Source of the DNA: Callorhinchus milii
Lineage: Eukaryota
NCBI RefSeq assembly: GCF_018977255.1
Contig: NW_024704765.1
Location: forward strand, 4,092,001 to 4,156,000
DNA: 64,000 nt
Reading direction: 5' to 3'
In this document: positions 13,921-28,300 of the stretch, piece after piece
How the letters are laid out: every line of letters begins with the position of its first letter
Numbering within the stretch: the stretch's first letter is position 1
Notes under the pieces: generated by a model
The model's database searches: none
Told to the model about the DNA's origin: nothing
What the model saw: the letters and a program-made list of their open reading frames with translations, nothing else
Program-made: the position numbers and the translations under genes

Positions 13921-16900
13921 TTATATACAACAGAATGGAATTCAACCCTCTGCAGTGATAGAGCTTTAAGGCACACTATTTTTACATAAGAATTGTCTTT
14001 ATATCTTTAATGCTGAATAATGGATCAGGAGGTGGAATTAAAATCGGAACTGTTCTGGGAGTGCACTGTCCTGTTGGAGGTGTGTCTAGACCTAGAGAAA
14101 CTGAGATCCTGTCTGCCTGTTCATGTGGATGTTAAAGATCCTACTGCACGATTTGAAAAGAGTTTCCACTGGTTCTGGCCAACAACCTCCAGATAAAGCT
14201 GGTAATTCACTCCATGTTCCTCTGTGGGACATTGCTGTGCACAAATTGGCTGCCCTGTTTGCCTACAAAATAGTTTTATTACACTTTACTGAAAATCCTG
14301 TGAAGTGTTTTGAGATTTTGCAACAACATAAGAAAATTTTAAATATCGTGTTCAATTTGGGTCACCCAATCTTGGGAAGAATATACTAGTCTTAGAGGAC
14401 TTCAGGTAACAATTCACCACTAGTGAAGGACTTTAGCTATAATGAGAGCCTGGGTAGACATTGGGTATTGGTTATATTGGTTGGAGCTCAGGCGGTTAAG
14501 AGGTGATTGATCTGCTTGAGGCATATAAAATACAAAAGGGAATTGACAAGCTAGATAGTAGACGACTCTTCTTTCTAGTTGAAGGATTGATAATAAGGAT
14601 ATACTGTATAATCCAAAAAATGTAGCTCGGACAATTAGCAGTGAGATCAAAAAACTATTCCTATTTTACAGTTGCCCTTTCCCACCAGATAGTTTGACTT
14701 TGGAGCTTTATAATGCATCTAATCTGTGTTGTAGCTGACCTAGGAATGCTAGATAGGACAGTGTAGTCTCAGAAACTTTACTCTTTATCTATCTTCGGTA
14801 GTTTGATGCATTTTCCCAGGTGAAAGGTGCTATATAAGTGGAAATTGCTGTTATTGTTTCCCTATCTTCTCCATTTGGTGTTCTGTGAAGTGGTATTGCC
14901 AATATCAGCCTCTATTGAGATTTTCCCATTACTATCATGGATCAGGAAAGTCACTGCACATAACGGCATTCAGATTATCAGCCCTTAGATGCTGATCCGA
15001 GAGAACTGCAATTCTTCGTACAGTAGACAACTTCTTGAGTTCAACTTTTTCCCTTGTTGCTACAATTAATAAATAACTGAATACATTGTGCAGCCTTTGC
15101 TGCAGATACCAGACTCAACAACAACTTGCACTTATATAGCACCCTCCACGCAGGATAGCGTCTCAGAGCGCTTAACAGTGGCGGAGCCTGACTCCGAGCC
15201 GGGGGAAGGTGGCTGTAAGCACGGTCGAACAGGAAAGTCTTTAGGTGAGACTTGAAAGAGTCTCAGTTTGACCTCAATTATTACAATATTTCACTCCAAA
15301 AATAAGCCATTCAGTTCTTATCTGTGGTCAGCCTCAATGTACTGCTAGAACAGCTGCTCAGTAAATCAGGAGAAACTATTCTTACCCTGGCCACCAGGTT
15401 TTAAACAGGACACTTCACTAATCCCAGTTGATATGACCTCACCACAGGTTAATAAACAGCCTTGATAATCTCGCTTCCAGCTGTTATTCAGACATGAAAT
15501 GCAAACAAACAAATGGTCTCTTTCTTATGTAAAAGAATTAAAACTGTTGAATTTTATTCCAATGAAAAGCTGACATGAATAAAGAGAAGAGAAACACTTA
15601 ATGGACTGTTTCATTTCCCAATGTGTACAATTAGTATTCCAATAATAGTACTTAACTCTACCATGTGCCACACCTACAATACCATTGAGGGAAAGTAGCA
15701 GATCTAAGTTCAGCCAGTGGGAACAGCCAACTGGCGTCCAACATCAAAAAATAAATGATTTGAACTAAAGCTTTTCAAACCACCTCCTAAAAATAGATTT
15801 CTGTGGCACTCTTATTAGAAACCAAAGTCACAACATGTATTTTTGATGTAAGCGCACAAAAAAATCATTACATAAATGTAGCTTTTTACTGCAAGTCTAT
15901 GTGATCCACTGACCTATACATTGTATGAATAAGTAATATGCCGTGTCTACCAGAATATACCCTTGAAGTAAGCAATGTGTTAGCAGTTTCCAAAGTACCT
16001 GAACGTGCTTTCTGTCACATAACAATTGAGATCCTGATGTGGTGCAAATATTCTAAATACAATCAAATAGATACTTCTTATAGAATTGTGAAAGATTTAA
16101 CTTAAAGTGCTCTGTATAATAAATTAATTCTACAATCCCTTGGAATGAGATATTAGGTCCTCTGTTGAGAGTTCAGTACTTCTCTGTTAAAGACACCACA
16201 TTTTTCTTATTTCTGCAATGCCCAGAGCAACAACTTTACACCCGAGTTCAGATGGTGTTACATTGAAAGGGTTCTATCAGGAAACAAACTATTAAGTATC
16301 TATAATTCCTTAGTATCATAAAGTAAAGGCAATGTGGCTTTGGACGGTGAATTGGAGTTCAAATGCAGTGTGCAAGGATTTACAGAACACTCTGTCATTC
16401 TCGATCTACACCTGTTGAGTGTGCTCAGCAAAGCCCTTTAAAAAGAGGCAAAGGAAACTGGAGGCAGTTACTCTGGATACTTTGTAGAGGCAATGTATTT
16501 GTGACTAGGTATTAAGACCACCCTCTTGCCCCCACGATGACACAAAGCATTTGGAGATCCGACAAAAGTGCTGATAAAATTATATAAGAACCTGGAAATA
16601 TGAAATACGATCAGAAAATGCTGGCAATGTGCACCAGGTCGTTCAGCATTTGATGAGAGAAGGTCAGGTTTATATTTTGGGCGTGAACATTTATCAACAC
16701 TAAAAGTGATAAAATAGTATATACAGACACTGCTTATGAAAAACAAAGAGAAATACAGAAGAGATAACAATCTTGATTGAGCAAAATATCGATATTCTGA
16801 TTGGACCGACAGAGTTCAATACAGAAAAAAATGCATGTATTGGATGTATTGTTACACTGTACAGCAGGAAGATTGAAATATAAAATGGGGTTAAATACAC

Positions 16901-16953
16901 GGTGATGTCGAATGAAATTCCTAAATAAGGGTTCCAAACAGGGACTCCTTCCG

Positions 16954-17285
16954 ATAATAATAATCCTTGCATTTGATATAGCGCTTTTCACGTCTTCTCG
17001 ACGTCTCAAAGCGCTTCACAGAATATAATAATAATCCTTGCATTTGATATAGCGCTTTTCACGTCGGGAGGCCGTCCCAAAGTGCTTCACAGAACACACT
17101 GTAAAGTGAATTGACTGTATATTTGTGGGCGAAACGCGGCAGCCAATTGCACACAAACAGTCATGGATTGAAAATGACCAATTTATTATTGGTTTGGTTT
17201 TGGAGGGATTATTATTAGGCTCTGTGTGGAGTAAGGAAACTTGCCCGAGGTTTCGCCCTCTGCCTGAAACTGAATCCAGGTGTCA
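16954..17285 (-). mobile_element. SINE (short subfamily, head truncated) plus a second SINE tail, upstream of the DVL1 promoter
   Basis: Two consecutive aataatccttgcatttgatatagcgcttttcacgtc tails (about 16954 and 17027), then the Deu-like core and gtggagtaaggaaacttgccc. Confidence 0.85.
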
Positions 17286-17339
17286 TCCTAATGTTAGAAA
17301 AATATTTTTTTTGAGAGACAACGCATTCTTCCAAAACAT

Positions 17340-17746
17340 CCACGAGTAATGTCCGGCGGTCGCGGTGCCAAGCCCTGTAACACGTGCAACGTTTCGGTTG
17401 ACCGCTGCACGGTGGCACGCGATAACGTCGCCCGCTGAGACCGCGCGCGCGGGAGGGAGGGAGGGAGGGAGGGACCGGCTTGTGCCAAACCAGTGTGCGA
17501 CTCCCGCTGTTCGGCCCTGTGTCTCCATTAGGGTGTGCTGTGGGGAATGACATTTTTCCAAACATTATACACACACACACACACACACATCTTTCCCACA
17601 TCCATTAGCCAGTCAGAGACACAGTGAATTAGAAAGCAGAAGAGGGCCTGGCGATTAAGGGGGTGTGGGTGGGTGGGTGTGTGTGTGTGGGGGGGGGGGG
17701 GAAAGTGGGAGGGGGGGTTCTCTCTCATTTTGCCCCCTTTATCTCT
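17340..17746 (+). promoter_or_regulatory. DVL1 promoter / 5' UTR region
   Basis: CpG-rich patch (about 17350-17520) with (GGGA)n, then (CA)n and G-runs directly upstream of the DVL1 ATG at 17747. Confidence 0.6.
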
Positions 17747-19321
17747 ATGGCTGAGACTAAAATTATCTACCACGTAGATGAAGAAGAGACTCCCTACCTG
17801 GTCAAGCTGCCAGTCCCGCCTGACAGGGTCACCCTAGCGGATTTCAAACATGTCCTCAACAACAGGCCTACAACCTGCTACAAATTCTTCTTCAAATCCA
17901 TGGACGACGACTTCGGGTGAGTCTTCTCTTTTTTTTTGTTGCCCCCTCCTCTCCTCTCCTCTCCCCCCTCCTTCTCCTCTCCTCTCCCCCTTTTCCTTAT
18001 CTCTTTTATTTATTTTTCTACCTCAATCTCGGAGCCAACACGACTGGGGGGGGGTTCGTGTCCGTGTGTCTGTCTGTCTGTGTGTGGTGGTGTGTGTCAG
18101 GAAGCCCGACGTTTGGGACAAGATGTCAGGGACAGAGACAGACAGACAGAGAGAGAGAGAGAGAGAGAGCACTCGGGAATTTTACAGTCTTTTTTTTGGG
18201 GGGGGGGGGGGGTTTAAATCGATTTTTGTTGTTATCGTCGGAATATTTTTTATAATAAAGAAACGCTCCGCTGAAAGACGTCGCTCGGGGATAGGTTCAC
18301 CTTCTGAAGAAAGCGAACTGTGCGCTCTGCGTGTGTGTGTGTGTATATATATATATAATATATAAATATATATAAAGATAGAGAGAGAGATGTGTGTGGT
18401 CTCCCTCTCACGGTGACATATCCTGAATATTTTCTCGACCCTCGTAAAGTGCTGCTCAGCCCCAGTCACCGGCCGTGTGTGTGTGTCTGTGCTCACTAAC
18501 AGGTGGGGAAGGGAGTACGGGCTTCAGGTGGGAACTTGTGGACGGCTGCCGAGCCCTCCCTCCCTCCCCTCAAAAAAAAGCCGTTAAACGGTCAGTCGCG
18601 AGGGTTTAAACGGTCGCCGGGCAGCCGTTTGTTTTTGAAAAGAAGAACCGCCCCCCCCCTCCGCACGGGCGGCCAAGGCTGTCTCGCGCCCGCTCTCCCT
18701 GCCCCTCAGGTGCGCTCAGCGGCCGCGAGCTCGGCACACGGGCCCCGGGCACTGGCCCCAGGGCTGCGGCTTGTGGCGCGGCGGCGGCGGCGGCTGCGGT
18801 TTGCGGCGAGGGTTGCGGTGCGGTGGGGGGCGGAGGCCGCTGACAGGCCGCGCATCAGCTGGATACGGACTAAGATGGCGGGCGGGCAAGTGCCCAGTGG
18901 CCCAGGGCGACGCCGGGTGGGCCCCTGCGGGCGGGAGGGGCGGGAGGGCGGCCCGTGGTGCAGGCCGTTGGGGGGTGAAGTTGCCGGGGGCTGACAGTGC
19001 GGGCGGAGGCCGGTGACACGCAAACCCACGCCCCTGTCTGTCAGCCCCCGTCCCCACCGCTGCAACACGCAGGTAAATTGCACCGTCCCGGAGCCACCGC
19101 TCCCCCCGCAAAGGGCGGGGACGACGCCTCGCGAAAAAAATAACAACACATACTGTAGACACGAAGTGAAACCCACTCCACGGTATATCCTTTGAGAAGC
19201 GCCTCGGGACGTCCTCCCGACGTGAAAGGCGCTCTATAAATGGAATCTTGTTGTTGTTGTTGTTGTTGAGGTGTCACAGCCCCGCGATAAGGCTCCATAC
19301 CAAATGCAAGGAGGGGGTATT

Positions 19322-19379
<58 letters not shown>

Positions 19380-22300
19380 AAGGGGACAAGCGGAGACACT
19401 GCTGAAAGAGCCATGGCGTTGGTGAGGAGAGCGCGGCCAGGCCAGGCCAGGAGCTCAGCTCAGGGTGACAGTCCAGGTGCCCTGTGCAGGTGGGCACCGC
19501 CCAAAGCTGAGGCAGCTTCAACTGAATGGCTCAGCTTCAACCCACCACTTACACCAGGAGTGAGACAGTCACTGGGATAGCCATAATAATAATAATAATC
19601 ATAACAATGATAGACACAATTATTAGATTTCTTTGCCACCTAAACCGCTCAAAAACATCCTCACCGATACTGTATTTGTAAGATTGATCGTTATAGAATG
19701 GAGGAACAGGTTCAAGGGGATGAACGTCTGTCTGCTCCTGCTCCTATGTTCACAGACTTGAACCCACGTCCGTCTGACTCAGAGACGAGAGTGCTACCAA
19801 CCGAAACAGGCTGATAAATTTTAATCGTTGCCACGCAGAACTAATGAAGTACAACTATCACTCTTCCAAACTAACCGCAGTACTTCTGAGCTATCCAAGT
19901 GAATAGCAGTTTGTGACATAGTGATATTTGTAACACAAATCCACAATGCGAAACTCCAGAGGGCTGTCTGCCTTGGCCAGACTCAGTCCGTCAGAGATGT
20001 AATTATTTAGTGCAATTAAATTTAATTGGGATGTTAGTAAATGAGATAAGTATTTATTGCTAGTTTCCTTACTCCACACCCTGTTCATCTTAGCAGTAAG
20101 TAGGAACCTGCTTGTTAGTCAATTGGCGGATCGCTTTCCGAGGCTAATAATCCCTCCAAAAAATAATAATAATAGTTTGGTCATTCAATCCAAGATTGTT
20201 TGTGGGACTCTGCTGTGCGCAATTGGCTGCTGCTTTTCGCCCACAAAACACATATCCTATGAAACACTTTGAGACACCTTATCAACGATGTGATAAGGCT
20301 TTATATCAAATGCAAGGATTAGTATTATTAAGCCTTTGGAATTGCGATGGAAGCTGCGGTCTCCCTATGGAGAGGTGTCATGCGTAGGTGTTCCAACATG
20401 CTGCCATAGCGATCCCCCCCCCCCCATCCTATAGTCTTTCAATCACATTATTTAAAAAAAACTTAATGGTAATTCTGAGAACCAATCCGATGGAGCAGTG
20501 CTCCAGTTTTCAACTGCTGTTGTTTCTCTTCTGGGATAATCGACCTTTATACGAATTGTTCTAATTTTAGAGGCTTTGTGTTAAATTATTGATGTGCTAC
20601 AAGCAGAATTGTGCTCTCTCTGCAGCTTCTTCCAAAGGCTGCATTAATCGGGACAAAATATTTGGAAGCTGGCCTAAAGGCAGAGCTGGTTATCAACTAC
20701 TGAGTGGAAGAACTCAACATTTAAAACCAAAAAGAAATAAACTCCGTGGTAAAGTGTAATTGAGGAATGTTGGTCTAGGGAAAGGCGTACCAGTGGAGTG
20801 GGCATACAGCTTCTGTCCACTGCATCTCTGATCTCAACTTTGTTGTTCAGGGAGTCTTCAGCAGAGGCTAAGGAGATAGCAGAATCTACGTCCCTCCTCA
20901 GCAATGATGTGTCCAGGGGAAAGATATATATATATATAATATATATCAAAACATATCCAGCTCAGTCTTAAAAATTCTGTTCATTCTGTGTTTGTATTGA
21001 AGGTTGGAGTAGGATGTGGAGTGTATTAAGTAAATTTTCTTAGATTGAAAAATAAATTAAAATTATGGGAATTGCAGTGCTTTGTGCCAGAGTCAACATA
21101 CATTAGGTCTGTTGTTTGTAAACCGTGTATATATATTTTTTAACAACAAATTACATTTGTATAGCGCCTTTCACATCAGGAGGACGTCCCAAGGCGCTGG
21201 ACAGTCAGGGAAGCTCTCATACCTTCACTATTGTTGTCCTGACTACCAACTGGCCTGCTAACACTTTCGGGCACTCGTTCCTCTGCCCTGGCTAACATAC
21301 ATGTTACTCCACCCTGCTAACAAGCAATATGTTAGTGTTGCACGTATTGTATCTGCTGTGACAGATTTGGAACATGTACATATTTAAAAGCTCTGTTGGG
21401 ATGCCTGTTAGAAATCAAGTGGAGAACTGCAGCTTAATGATTAGGACACTTGCCTCGCAAGGAACAGGACCTGGGTTTGATTCCCGGGCAGGGCGAAACC
21501 GTAGGCAAGTTTCCTTACTCCACACGCCTCTGTTTACCGAGATGTAAGTAGGAACCTGGTTGTGATTTGATTGATGGATCGATTTTCTGGAAGTAATAAT
21601 CCCTTTTTTTAAAAAAAAATTGGGTCACACAATCCACGACTATTTGTGGGATACTGCTGTGCGTAATTAGTTGCCGTGTTTTGCCCACAAAATATAGTCA
21701 ATTCAAATGCGCTATATCAATGCAAGCATTATTATTAAAGATTATTATTATTAAGTGTCCCATAGACTATTTCAGTATGAGACAGAGTTGCAGGATACTG
21801 ACCACAGCAACTCATTTATGACGTACTTTGAGATATATTCTTGATTGATCCACCCCCAAAAGGAGCTGTAATGTAGGTACTCTGTTAGAAAACCTAGTTA
21901 CAGCCATTTTAGAAAGTGAATAATACTTGTTTGGAGCCGCAATGTACAATTGATTTATCTGGAAATGCCTTGTATGGATAGCTTCAGCAGTCAATTCTGC
22001 AGTGGTAATGTGTGTCAACAGCACAGGAACCTAGAGATGCAGGCACCTGTCTCCAGGAATGAATTGAAAAGATGGCTATAAATCTACCAAATGCACCGAA
22101 TATGTCAGCAGTTTTTAAGCTTGTAAAGTGGAATTTATCGTTCACTACTCCTTGTTGGGGTTGTAGTTAACCTTGTAAGCAAGTAACATACAGGCCATGA
22201 ATGCCCTGGCTGGGGGAATTCATTGCACTTTGCGTGTTCCAACATTTCATACATTGTGACTGCAGGTAGCATGAGGGCAACTGCAGTGTTGTATCTCTGG

Positions 22301-25300
22301 TACTATTTACTCTTGTATTCTCATTCCGAATGTGAGGAGCAGTTCTGATAATAATACTAATAATCCTTGCATTTGACATAGCTCGTTATCACGTCTTCGA
22401 GACATCCCAAAGCACTTCACAGAATATATTGTAAAGTGAATTGACTGTATATTTTATGGGCAAATTGCGGCAGCCAATTGCACACAGCAGTGTCCCACAA
22501 ACAGTCGTGGATTGAGTGAACAATTTTTTTTTGAAGGAAATACCTTACTCTGTCGAGCGCCTTGGGACGTCCTCCCGACGTGAAAGGCGCTATACAAATG
22601 TAATCTTGTTGTTGTTATTATCCCTGGAAAAGTGATCCGCCATTCGACTAAAAAACAGGTTCCTACTTACTGCTAGGTAAACAGAGGCGAATGGAGTAAG
22701 GAAACTTGTCCAACGTCTTACGCTGCCTGGGACTCGAACATAGGTTCTCACGCTTTCGAGAAGAGTGCTCTAATTCTTTGGCTCTGGAACTCCCTTCCTC
22801 ACTCCCTTCGCCTCGCCCCCCTCTCTTCCTACTTTCAGATCTCGGCTAAAGACCTCTCTTTTCAATCGCACCTTTGGTCACCTTCTTCCCCCTCGGCCCC
22901 GGGATCCGTTATTGTGAAGTGCTCTGAGATGCCTTCTGGCATGGAGGGCGCTATATAAATCCAAGTTGTTTTTGTCTAACCACTAAGCTATAGGACTCCA
23001 CAAATCACTATAGAGCTAGGGAAGGAAGGAGCTTGGCCACAGGCACACAAAATGGGTGGGATATTGGGGGTATGTTGCTCCCTTATAGACAGTCTACCAG
23101 CATCCCATGTACCCGGTGGAACATGACTTTTCATACTCATTTGGTGTGGAGACACCTTCTCCGTTCATTCCTAAAGACTGCTGTGAAACTTAACATCCCC
23201 GACTTCAGCACCATCTTTTGGTCTGAAGCCTGATTTTAAACAAAGTTAGGCACTATCTTGAACATGTACACGACAGGAAAGTTTTCCGCATCTGCAGTTT
23301 CTCTCTGACTGAACATGTGGCTTTAGTGCACTTCTTTACACAGTCATCCGTCTGCCCCCATTTACAACAAACCTGTGGACCGTGTAGTGGCAAGTCACTA
23401 CCTGGAAGGACATTCCTCTTTAAAACAAACCTTAGCATTCTATGGCATACGCTCATTAAGAGAGAGTTTCCAGCTCTTTGCCTGGCTCAGATTGCAGTTG
23501 TATAACTTCCGTATTATAGATAGATGGGTTCATAATATCATCCTGCTTTCCTGACTTGTGCTTCGATTTAATGGTGGCAAACTTTTTTTTGCAGAGTCGT
23601 GAAGGAAGAGATTTCAGACGACAATGCCAGGTTACCGTGCTTCAATGGGAGAGTGGTTTCCTGGGTGAGTATAAATGTGAGATTGCTGCCCTCAGCAGCG
23701 TGTGGGAAAATGCATTTCAGGCACTGAGCTTTGAGGCTGTAACCCAGTTCAAGGTTTTATTTCATGGCATGAGTTTGACCCTTGTATTTCTCTCTTTTGG
23801 CTGGCTGGTTTCCTTTCATCTCACACCAATCTCTTAGAAGACTTCCAGTTTACTGGCAATGTGGTTGTGCGACTTAACAGTAGAAGCTGTGTGAGAGTCG
23901 CCTGGAAGACGTGCCTGGCACCCACTCACTGTTTATTTGCGGTGCGAAGATTCTGCCGGGGAACAGTATCTGCAGAATCATCTGCAATTCCAAAACCCAC
24001 TGTTGTGCATATAGCACAGCAGTGGAACCTTGAGCATGTGAGCAATTAGGATTGTCCCCTAAACTAAGCTTTATCCCTCTACCAAAGTAGACAGCAATAG
24101 TGATGCTTTAACTTGTCTGACCTGAGCATTGCCATTGGTGCGGTAATGACTCAAGCTGAGTTTAACACTGATAGGTCTGTCAGGCGTGGATTTATTGGGT
24201 TGTCTGACCTGATGAGTTGATCGCTATAAAGATCTCTGAAGACGTAAATAATGCTGAAACAATGCATCTCTGGGGAGTGCAATTTAATTAGGTGGCTTTT
24301 GCACAGATTAATGATTTGCCTGAGGACTCAACACTGTCCAAATCAGTTTGTGAAAATAAAGAGTCTTTTTTTCTTAGTTGGTACAAGGGGAAGGAGCATG
24401 CACTATTCACCATCCTTGAAGTGTAGCCAGTCACCAACTGCTGCGTGTGGCTGAATCACCCTCGTATTGCCCTCCTTTTTAGTGTGATGAGTGCTGCCCT
24501 GACTAATTAATCGTGATGTAGTGCTTGTCTGCATTCACAGCCAGAGCTGCTGATCAGCCTGTTCTGTTGTATTGTCTGTGGTATATGTCTGATTTACAGA
24601 ACTTGGGAATAGTGATATCACATTGTTAAACTTTTCGCAACAACATCTCGCTTTCATGCCTTTTCCATTCATTGAATGTCTCAAAGTGCAGCAAGCAATC
24701 CTTCAGGGAGTATTGTGACATGTACTGGATACCTTTGAGAGTCAGTCTCCACAATACCTTTGCTTAGCCCCTGGCTAAGAACAGTAAGACTATCCCTGGA
24801 TTTTGTCGGTTGTTCACATGTCAGCTTACAAGTTGAGATTCGACAAGTTATTTGACTGAGTGCATCACTGCTGAGTCTGGTCCTGACTTCTATGGGAGAC
24901 CACAGATACACCTTCTCCAACAATGGTTGCTAACAGGGAACCCTGGCTGATTTTCCCCTCCCTAACCTAGAAGCATTAAGTCTCCCGGCTATTGCTTGTG
25001 ATGGGAATGCTGAAACTGCAATGCTGTACTTTGGCCCAGCAGCTCTGCTTATTGCAGTCTGAGCTTGAGTCATCGTTGGAGCTGACCTTTGTTCAGATAT
25101 CCTGTGGTCTCAGGCTGACTGCTCATAAACACTGCACAATAAGGGAGGAGACCTGAATATTCCCCCACCCACCCCCGAGTCCAGAGCGACAAGCCGATGA
25201 TTGTCGGCTTTTCCATAACCTGCCCCTGCCCATTCCCCTCCATTACGGTCTGTATAACAACTTAGCACAGCAAAACAGCACAAATCATTTCAGTCACAGC

Positions 25301-28300
25301 AGTTTTAGTGGACAAGAATGTGGAAATGAATCTTCTGCTTGCTGCCTGACTACCAGCAGTCCGGGCTTGTGAGCCGAGGAGCCCTGCCACTGCCATCTGG
25401 CGTCACTGAGCTTTTACTACAGGCTGAGAAAGAAGGGTGCACTCAGGCAGTTGGCCACTGGTTCAGATGTTTATTAACGAGGTTTGTCACAGAGTATGGG
25501 GGAAAGAGAATGGCTGGCACTGTGTGTAGGCTGCTGCATTGAGACCTATTGTCGCTATTGTAAAATTACTGAATTAACATTGGTCTGTGTGTACAACAGA
25601 GGATGGCTATATGTGCCTATCACCTGATTTGGTTTGTTCTGTCACTTGTGATTCACAGCTGGTTTTGGCAGAAAGCTGTACCTCCGACGCGGGCTCACAG
25701 TGTGCTGAGAGCCAACTGGATTTGCCTCCCATTGAGCGGACAGGAGGCATCGGTCACTCAAGACCACCATCCTTTCAGTAAGACTTTACTCAGCAAGAAT
25801 TTTACATATAGACTTTGTAAGATGGACAATTATAATAATCCTTTGATAATAATAATTTGATATAGTGCCTTATCACATCTTTGAGACGTCTTAAAGCGCT
25901 TCACAGAATATACTGTAAAGTGAATTGACTGTATATTTTGTGGGAGAAACATGGCAGCAGTGTCCTACAAGCAGTCGTTGATTTATTGACCAATTTTGTT
26001 TCAAGGGATTATTACCCCTCCCAGAAAAGCGATCCGCCAATTGTCTAACAACTGGGTTCCTACTTACTGCTAGGTAAACAGAAGCATGTGGAGTAAGAAA
26101 AGTTGCCCAACATTTCACCCTGCCCGTGAATCAAACCCGGGTCCGCCCGTTTGTGAGGCAAGAGCTCTAACCACTAAGCTGTTCAGAATTGGCTCGGGAT
26201 GGACTCCAGTTCTCCTGGTAGCTGGTTACAGAATGGCCCTGACACAGAGAGAGTGAGAGGGAGCAGCCACAATCTCAGTACAGCTTGGTCCTGGCAGAGA
26301 AAGAGAGCGAGAGAGAGTGGGGGAGAGAGAATTGGCACATGCCTGGAATGTCCTGTGTTCAAGTACAGTTTCAATCAATGTTTAGATAGGGCAATACCCA
26401 ACTATTACATCGTCGGTGCAGAATCACCAGGGGCTTGTTTCTGGAGGATTGACGGAGGCTTCCAGTGAAATGAATGTGTCTGACATAACAGTCAGTGATC
26501 AGAAATCAACCCCATTTCCATGCCCTGAGATCCAGCATTTTGTTTTTGGCTGCAATTTCCCGTCCTCAAAGGGCACAATATTTCAAATAAAAAAAGCTTA
26601 AAATATCTAGCCAGTTTCCTGGGCTGAGGAGTTCTGATACGTGTGGCTCAGCTGTACAAGGGTTGTGCTGGAAACTGCATCATAAATGCCTTGCGTTTCT
26701 TCCCCAGTGGCTCCATTCTACCCTGTTTCCTTCCTTTTTTTCCTCCAGGTTGCTACAGCAACCAGTGGCAGAAACGATCAGTGCTGATGAAGCTTGGCAC
26801 AGAATACGAATGGATTCTGGCACAGGCACACACTCTTGCTTCCATTTAATTCATTAATTTACCTCGAAAAGAAATCGTGTATATTTCATGAGCCTCATCT
26901 TCAAAGCCAACTACACAAGTGGGCAGAGATTTTCATGGTTTTGTTTATAAGGTCGGGTGGCTACCACACAACTCTGTTAATCTCCAATCAGAGGCTGTGT
27001 GGTGAGCCTTTGTGTTGATAATTTATCTCCTGTAAAGACAGAGGTCAGGCTTGGGAACAGTATTATTGTCAAACACTTGCAGGTTAGCTACAGCACAGAT
27101 ATAGAGTAAAGCTCCCTCTATGCTATCCATAGAGTCCTGTAGCTTAGATGTTAGAACACTTGCCTCGCAAGTGAGAGGACCTGGGTTCGATTCCCGGGCA
27201 GGGCGAAACATTCGACAAGTTTCCTTACTCCACATGCCTGTGCACCTAGCAATAAGTAGGAACCCGATTGTTAATCGATTGGCGGGTTACTTTTCTGGGG
27301 GTAATAATCCCTTCAAGCATTATTATTATTACTATTATTATCCAGTTCCAGCACTCCAGGTCAGCTGCAGCACAAGGTTAGAAACAGAGTAAATGGCTCT
27401 CTTATAAAACCAATTAGTATAAAAATTACTACACTTCAAGAGCTAATAGATACATCAAATTGAAATACAGTATAATGCATGTTGCAGAGTCTGCAATCAG
27501 TTTGTGGCCTGTAACAGTCTCCTTGTACTCTGTTGATTTATTCTTTGTGTCACAGTGCAAACACCACTGGCAGTCGAGATGGCCTGGACAACGAAACAGC
27601 AACAGAATCTATTCTTAGCATCAGAAGGGATAGACATCGGCGGCGGATTAGAGAGAGGGAGGTACACCAGGACGGTGGTGAGTCATGTGGAGTACTAATG
27701 GTGAAAGTGAGATCTTCCTGGTCTGTATAGCTCTGTATCCCACCAGGTGGTATGTTTCTACCATGTGTCATTGGGCAATCCACAAGATTGGAACAGTACA
27801 GGTGCTTCAGTGCACAAACACAGATGAAAAGATTTTGTGTGTCGTGTAGACAGGGATATGAAGTTATCAAATAAAACTGTTTGCTTTTTCTCTCTGTTAA
27901 AAGTCATTAATCATGCAGTTCCAGTATGCTGCTGACAGCACTAATCGCTGAACAAAGCTGCAGAGTGCTGGCTGTCAGCAACACGGCTCAGCCTGAGAGA
28001 GTGCTTGACAGTCTAGGACAGTAACTAATGTAGTTGATGGAAAATAACGTGCACCTTACTGGAAGATTGCTATATCGTCCTCTCCTTATCCCATAAATGT
28101 AACTCTCTGCTGAAGACCTTTCTTTTCAACCGCGCCTTTGGTCACCTTCCCCCCCCCTCCCCGTGGCTCGGTGCCGGGATCCGAAACTGTAAGGCGCTCC
28201 GAGACGCCATCCGGTGTGGAGGGCGCTATATAAATCCAAATTGTTGTTGTTGTAACTGCTGTAAAGAGAGACACAATCTGTGTTTGGAGAGCGCCTGAAA

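Noticed and set aside
18503-19298. Several 80-160 aa ORFs on both strands
   Set aside because: Expected stop-codon scarcity in a CpG island; low-complexity Arg/Gly/Pro/Ala translations with no recognisable domain.
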